In this document: piece by piece, positions 12,585 through 24,410 of the stretch
Layout of the letters: the number at the start of each line of letters is the position of its first letter
Numbering within the stretch: position 1 is the first letter of the stretch
Source: Tricharina praecox
Taxonomy: Eukaryota
NCBI RefSeq assembly: GCF_024521635.1
Contig: NW_026250419.1
Location: forward strand, 496,001 to 560,000
DNA length: 64,000 nt
Direction of reading: 5' to 3'
Notes under the pieces: generated by a model
What the model was told of the DNA's origin: nothing
The model's input: only the letters and a program-made list of their open reading frames with translations
Database searches by the model: none
Made by a program: the position numbers and the translations under genes

Positions 12585-14031
12585 TCATACACCGCCCCCC
12601 TCCGGCCCACTAAACGCATACCACACAACGCCGACCAGCAACACCGTGACAACGCCGACCGCGACCACGCCCAGCGCGCGGCCCTCCATGGCCGCCTGTT
12701 TCAGCAGGACCAGATGCTCAAGCACCTTCTCGGGACCAAGCTTGTACCACACCAGGCCCGCCAGCGCAATGCTGTACCCAATGAACTGCAGCAGCGTCAC
12801 TTCCGTCTGCCAGATCAGGATGCTGAGGACTACTAGGAGGATATCCTTCAGCACGCCGCAGAGCGTCAGCACGAGGGAGGAGGTGCGGCCGATCTAGACG
12901 CGTTAGATGAGACGGTAAGATAAGATGGGGGACGGGGGGACGGGAAGGGGGGGTTACAAGGAACACGACGGACACGTTCAGCGCGAACGCGACACAGGCG
13001 TTCAGCGTGAGCATTGGCAGGCCGACTTTTCCCATGACATCGTTTACCCAGCTTATCTGGCCCGCCTCGAGCACCAAAAAGAATGCGCCATTAATCAGCG
13101 CGCACACCGGCGCGAAGTAGTACAGCGACACGAGCGGATCCATCTTGTACTCGTTTGCGGAGAGCAGGCGCTGCACCATGACGAGGCGTGTGGCCTCGAA
13201 GCAGATCCCGAGGACCTGGTAGATCACGCCGGTCGCGTCGAGGGCGATCTCGCCCCATGACGCGATTATCACCCCCACCACGATCAGCGCGACGTTGCCG
13301 AGCGTGCGCAGCGACGGCGTCGACAGCGAGAGCGCCCATGAGGCGACGAGCACTGCTACGGGCGTTGTGGCCTGGGCTTGCTCAGCGCCTGATAACTACT
13401 GCGGAGAGGACGGGCGGGAAAAGAATTGTACCTTCAGCATCTGGATAAACGCCACGCTGAGATATATGTACGCCTTGTTACTGCAGATCAGCGACAGCGA
13501 GAAGAACAGTCCTATCGGCATGATTGCGCGGAGGTATATCCGCCCCGTCATCTTGACGCGGTGCCGACCATCCAGCAGATCCGTGGTGCGCGCGAGTAGC
13601 TGCGTCGCCGCCGTCGCGAAGACCAGGTGCCATGTCGTCAGGAATATTGCTGCGTCTCGTCAGCGTCGGCGGTGGGAGAATCGCGAGGGGCTGCTTACGG
13701 AATGCTAGCGGGTGTTAGTGAGATGCGCGCAGCAGCAGCGGGGACAATGGGACGTACATACCGAACTCGCAGGTGGACAAGATCCACTTGTTGAACAGGA
13801 TCGTCGCTGACGACAACGTGATCCAGAACCTGGCGGGTTAGCTCCCGGGACTGGCTGAGATGGAGGGGAGACGACGGACCCGACATAGACCGCTGGGTGG
13901 AAATTGAGGCCGCGTCGAGGAGGAGCTGCAGGCAGTGGCGGTGGAGGCGGGTCGGGATTGCGCATCGACGGGAGCTCCATCAGGTGTTCGTCGGCGCCGT
14001 CATGTTCTCGTGGTGCGGCCATTGCGGACAT
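12585..14031 (-). CDS. Triose-phosphate/nucleotide-sugar transporter (TPT, DMT superfamily), multi-exon
   Basis: Spliced fragments include ILFNKWIL, FLTTWHLVFA, ICSNKAYIYLSVAFIQMLKA, EATRLVMVQRLL, MDPLVSLYYFAPVC and TSSLVLTLCGVLKDILL. Confidence 0.85.
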
Positions 14032-14769
14032 TGCTGCAGCTGTGTACTGGAGAGGCCTTGAGCCCCAGCTCCGGCGGGAGTGTGCTGGGTTCGATATGGT
14101 GGCAGTCGGTGAGGTGTAGCCCCGGAAACGCGTACGTATTCTGTGCGATCAATTGCGGCAATGGCGGATCAACGGGTTTGGTGCTCGATGACGCGGGTGG
14201 GGTATCTATGGGTATCTAGGCCGGAGAGATAGAGTTGGAGGTAAGGATTGATGCTGCAGGTCGGAGCTTTGTCCCTGGGCTCGACAATTTTGACCGGCAA
14301 GGCCACGCGGAGCTGGCCACGTAACACAGGCAGATCCCTAACACCCAGCTTTTTTTTGTTTAATCATCATCGCACGGCAGTTACATACGGTTTTCCAACC
14401 CACTGCCCTCGGCCCGTTCCTGATCTCCGATCGCTCCAAGTAAAGTACATGTAAATGAGAGAGACGGAACGAACGGATATCCATCTGCGCGATTCCTGGG
14501 CTATCCCCTTCCCCAGGTTATTCCCATCATTGCCCCCAACCTTTTCATACTTAACAGCCAACAGCGCAGCCGGCAAGAGTCGCTTTCTCACATGTCACGA
14601 GTGATTGCAAGTGCGCGCGACTGTACTGATAGACTTGCGCGATCGAGTCAATTCGTACTATCAATTCGTACATTCGCTCGATTCAACGGAACACAAGTAT
14701 CCGCTCAAGCAATCGCCATCATCCGCCTCCATATGTACTTAGGAACCTCTATCTAATGATCCCCTGTGC

Positions 14770-15783
14770 TCACGATGATATCGGCGCATGCTTCCGCACC
14801 TGCTCCTCACTCCACTCCCACAGCCTCGACGCTAATGCATCATCGCTTGCAAGCTTCGACGGGCGGCTCGTGTACCACGCGTCATCATCTTTGATCCCGA
14901 CCGGAACATAATAATGCCCGCTATCCTCTGGCTTCACTGGTCCGGTTGCACAGAACAGCTGGTTCAGGGTACCGTCGGGAACGCTCGTGCACACGAGACT
15001 CATGGTGTTGAACCACATCTTCATGATAGGATTGCTGCCGACCGCGGCGTTGTAGAGATCGCTCATGATGATGCCCGGGTGGAGGGATACACTAGTGATC
15101 TTGGGATACCGCCTAGCCAGCTCCCGCGCGTGCAGGATATTCGCCAGCTTGCTGACGCCGTATCGCTCTCCGGTGTTTGCATTCTTGAGGTGGTTCTGGA
15201 GGTCATCGAGCTTAATGCCCCTGTATGCGAAGTTGTGGCCAAAGCTGGAGAGGTTGACGATGCGGACGGAGCCGGCGGGGGCATCGGGCGCATCGGCGGC
15301 GGCTTCGAGCGCGGGCAGCAGCAGCGACGTGAGCAGGAAGTGTCCCACGTGGTTCGTGCCGAATTGGATCTCGTAGCCCTCCGTCGTCTCGCTGTACGGC
15401 ATCGCCATCACCCCGGCGTTGTTCAGGAGCACGTGCAGCCGCGGCTCGAGCGCGATGAAGGTGCTGGCGCAGGCGCGGATAGACGCGAACGAGGTCAGGT
15501 CCAGTGGGACGTAGTGGATGTCGGCCGAGGGAACGAGCTTCTTGATGTCTTCGATCGCGGCGAGCTGTCGGAACGGACAACGGTCAGTGGAGCGCACAGG
15601 ACGGGCAGAAGAGAAACCCACAGCTTTCGACTCCGTGCGCGACGCCATGTACAGCTTTGCATTCTTCTTTGCGAGCTGCGTGATGGATTCCTTTCCGAGT
15701 CCTGTATTGCCGCCCGTGACGAAGATCACGCGCCCCGTCTGGTCGGGGATATCTGCGGCGGTGAAGCTGGGGCTGCCGAACAT
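14770..15783 (-). CDS. Short-chain dehydrogenase/reductase (retinol-DH/WWOX-like); probable in-frame 57-nt intron 15565-15621
   Basis: TGGNTGLG Rossmann motif, LLNNAGVM, FGTNHVGHF, YGVSK (YxxxK) and HPG. Confidence 0.92.
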   Translation of the reverse strand: MFGSPSFTAADIPDQTGRVIFVTGGNTGLGKESITQLAKKNAKLYMASRTESKAVGFSSARPVRSTDRCPFRQLAAIEDIKKLVPSADIHYVPLDLTSFASIRACASTFIALEPRLHVLLNNAGVMAMPYSETTEGYEIQFGTNHVGHFLLTSLLLPALEAAADAPDAPAGSVRIVNLSSFGHNFAYRGIKLDDLQNHLKNANTGERYGVSKLANILHARELARRYPKITSVSLHPGIIMSDLYNAAVGSNPIMKMWFNTMSLVCTSVPDGTLNQLFCATGPVKPEDSGHYYVPVGIKDDDAWYTSRPSKLASDDALASRLWEWSEEQVRKHAPISS

Positions 15784-17435
15784 TTTCGCTGTGGTGAAGA
15801 TTTGGATTGGGTTGGAGCTAGACAGTTATCGAGTTTGTTGATAGAGCCGCGATATATAGCACATCCACCAGTGGCCATCCGGCAACTCTAGACTCCGTCT
15901 CGACGACGTCTGCAAGCACACGATCGCCCACCGGACCACCGGTGTCTGTGTATCGGACCACCGGTGGCAATCGTCTGCGGGTACTAGAGTACCTACGTGC
16001 ATGCAGCTCAATGGCAGAGATCGAGAGCTCTGCCATGGCCGATGCTAGTTGGTTATCGTCTATCTTCCATATGCAACATTCGCTTGCCATTCCCCCGTTT
16101 CCCAGTGCAACCCTAATCTTTCCTCACCCCCGGCACTCGCACCTGCAATTCTCCCTCAGGCTCCACGTCTCTTTGAGGGCGGAAAGTACAATACGTCTCG
16201 ACACAGTCCAGATAGGCTGCATGCGAGGAATGAAGAAACAAAAACAAAAACAAAAAACAAAAGTTGAGCGATCTTCTCGCCCTCAATCAGCAAACAGATA
16301 AAGTCCAAGCCATGCAACTCGCCAACTTGCGTTGGTGGTTGCAGCCACGAAAAGCTTCTTCTGGTGAAATCTAGGGCGTACATAGGGCTGACGTTTGCTA
16401 TGCTGTGCATACGAGCGTTTGAGCCGGGATCGTGCGAAAGCATGAGTGTCGCTGGACGCAGCGGAGAGAACTATCATATGCATCCGGTACACAATTCGAT
16501 CCTGCTGAAACTCGGGCTTGGACCGAGTGTCGAGTGCGGACGGCGATCCGGTACGGTAGGTATAGAAGCCACCGCATCTATCGCCGGTGCGCGACGCTCC
16601 CAATGACACCGGGCAAGTAAAGACGGCCCGCTTGCATATATTAGTTAATCCATATGTTCCGCAAGCGGCGATGCGATGCTTTGCGGCGGCGGCGGCGGGG
16701 GTTCGATACACTCCATCGATACTCCATCAAAAGTCACTCGCTCGTGATTCTCTGACCGTGGGAATTGAATCCAAGTTTGAGCGATGAAAGCATGAGCGAT
16801 GAGCGTCGCTGGACGCAGCGGAGGGAGGGAGGGAGGCAACAGCAGAGGTGGATGGGGCACGATCACATGCTACTGTCTACAGTCCGGACTCCAGGCAACA
16901 GGCTCGGCGTGGAAGCTCCAAACCCTCCGCCTTGCATGGGCCGGCACCGAGAAGTGATGAACGCACCAAGCAGACGCAGAGAACAGGTGAAGAACAAAGT
17001 GTAGTGTCCGGAGAATCATTTGCAGTGTGTTAGGTATCCCTGGATCGGCCTAGGTTTCCTCGTATCCTCGTATGTGCCAGTTTCCGATCCGGTCCTTCAT
17101 ATGTACCTGAGTAAGTACCTATGTCCACGCCCTTGCCTCAACAGTGACACCCCTCAGATGGAGGAGGTATCAAGAATACATACTTCGCTTCTTCGAGGGC
17201 ACACCTCTTGTGCGGAGGCGTCGTCGAGGTAGCCGAAGCAGGTGACACATATCGCAGCGTGAGATGGAAGAATCATCCAGACGCTCAGCTGCAGGGGCCC
17301 CGGAGAATATCGGTGAAGCAGGACAGGCTCTGATCTGGCGGGCGTCGCTTCGTCGTCGTTGTTATTGTTCATCGCCGTTGTTCTTGTCCATCGCGGGGTG
17401 GCCCGCACCACTTCATAATTTTCGAATTCATGTTT

Positions 17436-17592
17436 CCATCACGGAAAAAACCCCGCGTGGTCCAGTGGTCTAGGGCCACGCAATCGACGAGGGGAGCTGA
17501 GAGAAAGTCCCCGGTTCAAAACCGGGTGAATGGCCTATGTATTCAGCTCTTAGGGTTTCCAAGCCACCCGCCGGGGGTGGTGATGGTTTTTT
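17436..17592 (+). ncRNA. Candidate Pol III-transcribed structured RNA with tRNA-like D and T loops (not a cloverleaf tRNA)
   Basis: A box TGGTCCAGTGG (17458-17468), B box GGTTCAAAACC (17513-17523), six mutually nested helices, and a T6 run directly after the closing helix. Confidence 0.55.
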
Positions 17593-20500
17593 GTTTTTGT
17601 TTTTGGCATCACGGGTGGAGCACCAAATGTCACTTGGCACTTCATCATCACGTGACACGCTTTGCAATGCCAGCTGTGGAGGCACTGATGTGGGCAGACG
17701 GATGCCAGAGGCCACGGAGGAACATGCAGCAAGTGAGGTATCCGAGTGGGAGCTTGGGGAGCGTGAGGAAAGGGAAGCGGACCTGAGGCGAGAGGAGGAG
17801 GAGGATGGCGCTGAGGTTGAGGAATGGGGGTCACTCCCGCTGTTCCCCCCACACCTTCATCCATAGCATCTCGTGATGAAGAGGCAGGAGGCGGTGGCGA
17901 GGACTAGTGTCTTGCGGTGAGGTCGGGACGAGTCGAGGGAGTGGAAGTTGTCTTTTCCTAGTGTCATTTCTTTGGTGCGCTCATACATCGTTGGGACAGG
18001 CCGGGGCGGAGGACAGGGAAAGCCACATCGAGCCGCCTGATGAAACTTGGGTTGGACAGTAGCGGAGAAACGGGGGGAGGGAGAGAGAGATCTTCCTGCT
18101 TTATTTTGCATGCAGCCTATCTAGACTATGGCGAACCCACTACCTCCGTTTCCTGTCCGCCCTGGCCAGTCGAGGTGAAAGCTCCACTTCCCCTGCCCAT
18201 CCGCCTCGGGCCGACACAAGCAAAAAGAGGGAAATGGGGAGGGTGAACGGGCAGATATTGCCATGATCTAGATAGGTCGCAGGAAATCAATGAATGAACA
18301 AAAACGTTTTGGAGCAATCCATCCATCAAGACCCACGGAGACCGACGTTTTGCCGCCGAAACCGCCTACACAAGACCCCTCACCCCTGTGGGTGGGAAAG
18401 AAACATACGGTACTTGTAGGTACGGGCATTCGCCCCTTCCACATGACAGTGACGACCCATCACTCGAGGAAAACCTCTAATCCAACAGGCCCCCCGAGCA
18501 TCCATCCATCCTGGCATGTCAGTTCCCCAGCAGCCACTGGCCACTGGCCACTTGCAGTAATATGGAAATCAAGCTCCTAGCCCAACCGATGGCGCCCATG
18601 CGCTGGGCGGATCATATATGCTCTCCACACTGCAATGGGCCTTTAGTGTTTCACGGTTCACGCTTACCTATTGTCGGAAGAGAAAGCCGAGCACAGCTTT
18701 GGCGGCATCGGATGTACGGCAACCCGCGGCCATCCGGGTGGATATGATACCGGTGTGATACGGGCTGTGTGATCACTGATCAGTTACCGGAGACTTCGAG
18801 ATCGATTATCACTCGCCTGCGGTACCTACCTAGGTATTATTCCCAGAAAGGGAACTATGCACTACCAGTATTCGCGCACCACAACAGTCTACATACGCGG
18901 AGCCGGACTCCTAGGGAGGCGTCCAGGGGGCGGGAATAAGGCGTCGTAATGCACTCGTCCATGAAACTATACTACGGTAGAGCAACAACTGACGATACTG
19001 TACTGGGTGCTGGTTCCAATATACCTAGACCAATGTGATATCTGAGACTCATAAATGGCACTTATGCATACAAGCACCATTATTCCGTTCGCTTTGAATG
19101 CCGAATGCCGTCTGCAGATCCCATGCTTTGAGCCTTGGAGCCCGAACACCGAGACAAAAAACTACTTGGACACACCTCACCTCGAAACATGTCTCCCAGT
19201 GATATCCCATGAGCGTAGTGAGTTGGCACTATCTCGCATTCCGTTTCCTAAGGCTAACGCAACCATCCGCAGGGGAATGTGAATTCGCAAGCTCCTCGAC
19301 CAGCACCGGCAATTCAACACATTCTTGGTCTTGGTCGGTGCATCGATTGGAAATATACATACGTCTGGCATAATATCGACTCAACTACTTCATGTGCGTC
19401 CGGCCAGCTTTCGGATTGGGCTCAGGAACTACTAGTATCGCCCTCGGCTCCGTTGCTGGATGATGATAGCCGCATCCCCGATACCTCGAATGTCCATCCT
19501 CTTCCGACCCGGCTCCGACCTGACGCCGGTGCGGCCAACGAAAGCAGTGCGTTCAACTGTTTACACATTCCTACGGTCGTCTACCGTAGGTATTGTCTAG
19601 GTATTCAATGGGTGCAACGAAACAGCAGTCCGGATTTCCAGTGCGGACAAGAACCATTCTGCATCATCCGACTGCGGGTTACTACCTAGAGTGACCATCC
19701 GATATGTCATGTTCTTGGGAGTCGGCCATGGCGGGATCGCAATTGGCTCCTATGTACTCTACGTATGTAGGAGCTCGGCGACGCCACTGGCCAGCGGATG
19801 GCTTGGTTGCTTGCTTGCGTGCGGAAGGGGCTTGGGTCCTGGGCAAGACTGGGGCTCTGGAGTCTGAAGGCCAACACGACAGACCTATCTAACTAAACGC
19901 TCCGTTTGCAGATCGTCTCTTCGGAAGCTTGAGCTTGAGTTCACAACTTAGCGTTGACACGTGCGTTTACTCTACGACACAAGCAAACAAGCCGGACGTA
20001 CGGACGGACGGAGTTCGCGGGTATACATATATTAGGTACGAGCCGCGAAGGGTTTACCTTCCTATGTAGTGGAAGGCACTCTTAAGAGTAGACCTCGGAG
20101 ATCACCTTTACCTTTTTTTTCTCTTCGTCTCCTTCTCCTTCTCCTTCTCCTTCTCCTTCCCGACGTCGGCGATGAACCGGGTTAACTAACAGTTACCTTT
20201 GTTCAAAGTTCACACAAAACGGATATTTGATCGGGTGCACGCTGCCGCACGGTATGCCAGCACCCGTATGTGCGCACCTGCGCTGTGCAGTTGATTTCTT
20301 CTTGGGGCCCGGGGAGGTTGAGGTGTCGGCCGACCGACGAGTGTGAAGGAAAGGAAAGGCGGGGGGAGACTTCGATGGTGAGGCACATGCAGACGACACC
20401 GTGATCGGGGAAAACCCTACTGTACTCTACCTACGGTAGACAACCGACGATACGACACGATAAGACACGACACGACAAGACATGCTCGTTCCAAACGGCC

Positions 20501-21510
20501 TCCCTCACCACACGGCGTCTGTCTAGTCTAGTGTCCGCGGTTTACCAAGAGTACCAAGCACCAAGTACTCTAGCATACCCAAGTGCTTACTGGCCTACAT
20601 ATACGTCGGAAGACGATCGTCACAAACACCTGCGGCCATCGATTAGGTAGAGTATGCACCTAGACGGCATGCAGAGCAACCGCCGATGCAAACCCTTCCG
20701 AACTTCAAAGGCCTTGCGATTGTTGCCGTCGGCACCGAACTATCTAGAGTATGATGTACGTTCCTGGTAGTTACCCATTGGACGGCCATTGGCTCGAGAC
20801 GATCGCGCACGCAGGCAGGCTCGCAGGCAGGCAGGCGCAGTGTCAGCGAGTTCATCCGCAGCTGCGGGCCCGTCGTGATCGCCACATAAGCGGGGCTGGT
20901 CCAATGTCCCTGTCCATCATAGCCTCTACTCTAGGTAGCGAAGACTGCAAGCACGGAGAAAAAAGAGCATCTCGAACAGAGGGGAAGGGGAGATGATGAT
21001 GCATGTGATGTGATGTGATGTGGGCGAGACATATCCACTCTGTGTAGATATGCACTCCGAATCCGTGCTGCAGGAGGTCATGTGTTGGCAATGCGAGTGT
21101 GTACTTACTCCAAGTAGTTTGCTGTGTGTGAGGTGAGGTCGCCAATCGAGTCTGTTGGCGATGCAGTCGCAGTTGCAGTCGCAGTTGCAGTTGGAGCATC
21201 ATTGCCGAGGGGCTCGTCGCAATCGCTGTTTGCCTCCCTCCCTCCCTCCCTCCCTTCCCCGCACCGCATCGCACCGGAGACACTTGCACCACTTATTACT
21301 GGTGCTGCCGGTGCTGCGGCGGTTGCGGGCGATGGACGTGAGAGCCACGCGGAGAGACGCGCTCAGTTGCGGTCGAGCGAAGAAGAAGAAAGAAAAAACC
21401 GACTCCTCTCGCCATATGCACGAAACGTTGAGCCACAGCCACCCACCCACACGCACACCCACCCTCCTTCACCCAGTGGCACCACAGCGTCTCCGAGAAG
21501 AGATCGCCAC

Positions 21511-21568
21511 CCAGACAAGCAGACAAGCAGACAAGCAGACAAGCAGACAAGCAGACAAGCAGACAAGC
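21511..21568. repeat. (CAGACAAG)n octamer microsatellite
   Basis: About 7 tandem units are visible. Confidence 0.9.
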
Positions 21569-23884
21569 AAAACCCCCCTCCCCCCCTGTCCGCGCGCACT
21601 CTACTCTACTCTAGCCTAGCTCTACTTAGTTCCGCAGCATGCGCCCCCGACCCCCGACCCCTTGCCACTTTCGGCTGCGCGATCTCGTCTGGCCGATCGT
21701 GAGCGAACGAACGGGCCAGTCGCGAGTCGCGAACGAGCAAGCGTGAGCGACGTCTTTCCGGTTTCGGGAGGCAGGGTGGGCAAGATTGAGATTTTGAGAT
21801 TTTGAGATTGATTGCGCCAGGGGTAGGGGGGTCGGTATTAAAGGTTAAGTTAGCGGGGTTGTTGGTGGTGCCGTGGTGGTGGCGGTGCCGTGGTGCCATG
21901 GTGGTGGTGATGAGGAAGGAGGGAAGGAGCGGTGGCCGAGGGGACGGGGGGGTGGGGGGGGAGTGGGTACAAAGGGTAGCGTGACGCTGAGGGGGGGTGC
22001 ACAAGGTCTAGATTTCGAGTGTCGAATTTGGCACCGCACCGTGGCTATTTCGGTTTCTCTGCTCTGCTTGCTGACTGGCCGCAGTCCGGCGGGTGGGAAT
22101 TAATTAGAGTAGATACCGCGTAGGAGATACCGCGTAGGAGATACCGCGCAGAGGAGAACTCTGATCTGACCGCGCGAGTCGCTGTGCGTGTGCGTGTGCG
22201 GATGCTGTATGTTTCAACTTGCTTGAGACTCGAGAGTCGAGACGGTCTCGGCTGGGTTGTTTCTTCTTTCTTTCTGCACTTGCAACAGATTATTGCGAGA
22301 AACAAAAATGCACATGGAATCGCCATCCGTAGAGTAGGTACTATTGAAGGCCAAGCTGCCGAATACAGAAAGCCCACTGCTGTATACGGCAATAAAACCA
22401 TTACCTACATCTCAAGCGAAATGGGGCATCTACGGTATTCGGTACGCCGCACTGCACCACGCCATGAGTCGTGGGCGCGAGGGTTTGGCCGTGGCCGTGA
22501 CCGTGACCGTGGAAGCCCGCCTGGCGTTTGACGGAAGATCATGTTTCATGCAGGCGAAGCTTCAAAGGGTCCGTCCAGTGGTCCGTTCTCGTCATCCGTG
22601 CCTTTACATAACTCTTGTGTTGCCCGCCGAAACCGAAACCCAACCCCGGTGGACCCCTAGGTACCTTACTCTAATCTTGAGAAACGGTCGTTGCAACTTG
22701 CGCCACAAAAGGAAAAAGAGAGCGCCGCTGGATGCCCGCTTGCATCCCTCGTCTGCGGATTGCTGGCCAGCGGCTATCCTGCACCGCGAGGAATGCCGAG
22801 TCTTGATGAACGTCGTGGATTCGTGGATGGCCTAAACTTCAAAGCAGGTTTATGTCGGGAGCTGCGAAAGCGCGAGAGCGGAGAAGGCTGCAGGCTTGGA
22901 AACTCTTCACCCATCGCTGCGGCTTGCGGGCCTTGTTCTCTTTGGACGGAGATCTCCTTTGGCGGTGGTGGTGCTGTCATAGCGAGCTTGGCTATGATGC
23001 ACTCGAGGAACTCTTCTCCTAGCAGTTAGCACTCTACTGAGTGGGCCTACGGTGCTAGAGTTGGAGTAACCACTTCCTCACTTAGTACGATACATGGTGG
23101 GCTTCTGGAGATTGCCCGTCGATAGGATCAAGTCCAGGCGAGAATCTAGCGCAGGGGGGAGGGAGGGCAGCGTGAGGATGTGGACACAGCAAAACCTGCT
23201 GGCTGCCCTCCCTTGACCGTGTGTTTCGTGTTGTGCTGCTCTCTCTCTCTCCCACCTCATCCCTCACTCACACGGCTCCGGTTTGAAGCTGTCCATTCTT
23301 TCCCCCCTTCTCTTCTGTCGTTCGTTACTTCGATTCTAGCTATCGTCTCCGCCTGTCGATTCTAGATATCTTCTTTCCCCACGTTCACACTCTCCAGCCT
23401 GCGTCGTCATCACTGCCGCCGCCGCCGCCGCCTGCACGCAACCGAACAGAGTCAGAGACGCTGGATGCTCTAGCCTGCTGCTTGCTTGCTTCTGCGTGTG
23501 CGTGTTGCGGATCCAATCCGGATCGTCCCTCCCCTTGACGTAACAACACACTCGGAGGAAAACCCAACCCCCAAGGAACTCGTTAGGCTATTTTCCCATC
23601 CAACAATCCCACACACACACCATCTCGCTGAACTCATCTTTCGCAATAATCCTGGAAAAGCTAAACGCGTGTGGTGGCTATATTCATACATAACTCGTGG
23701 TCGTCCGCCCCCTTGGTAACCGACTATCGATCAGTTCCCTCGCGAAAGAAAGTTGGTCCTGCTCCTGAACGAGCGCCAACCCCTCGACACCACCCCCCTC
23801 CTCCCCAAAACACAACACAGTAAACACACAGTAAACACACCAACCTTCACACGCGGCCGTCCATTGGCCTAAACAACTGCAATC

Positions 23885-24372
23885 ATGGACCGGGCCTACG
23901 CTTTCCTGGCAAAGCGCCAGAATATCGCGAACGAGAACAACGATCCGAATGTCGGCAAAGCCCGTGGAGTCACAACAGAGGCCTTCCTTTCGACTCTCCT
24001 CGTCAATCTCGTCATTTTCGCCGTCCTCTTCCTGATCTTCATCGTTCTGCGCCGCTCGAACCGTAGAATCTATGCGCCTCGTACCTATGTGAGTGGCGGC
24101 CGCCCCCCCCCCCCCCCCCCTACCCCACGCGAGGAACACGACTTCTGCGCGCACGGTTCTGACGTCATGTTGTAGGTTGGCGCTATCGAACGTTGGAGGA
24201 AACTGCGTGTTCACGACGACAATGGCGACGGTTACGCCGACGAGGTCGAGGGTGTTTCTGGATTCTCGGGCATGTTGAGCTGGGTCAAGGCTGTCTGGAC
24301 CATCCCGTACGATTCCCTGTCTTCCTTTCTCGATCGAATTCGTCAGCCGTCTAGGAGGATGTCTTCGTGTTG

Positions 24373-24410
<38 letters not shown>

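Noticed and set aside
14914..15891. 325-aa plus-strand ORF
   Set aside because: Antisense shadow of the GC3-rich SDR gene.
17451..17534. Canonical tRNA gene
   Set aside because: D and T arms are present, but the acceptor (CCCCGCG/TGAATGG) and anticodon stems do not pair. It is kept as an ncRNA candidate instead.
17491..17545. RNase MRP CR-I (GAAAGTCCCC) or TPP riboswitch (CTGAGA) resemblance
   Set aside because: No downstream GGGGCT P4 partner or CR-V was seen and a T-run intervenes. The TPP CTGAT...AAT.CC.GCG core is absent.
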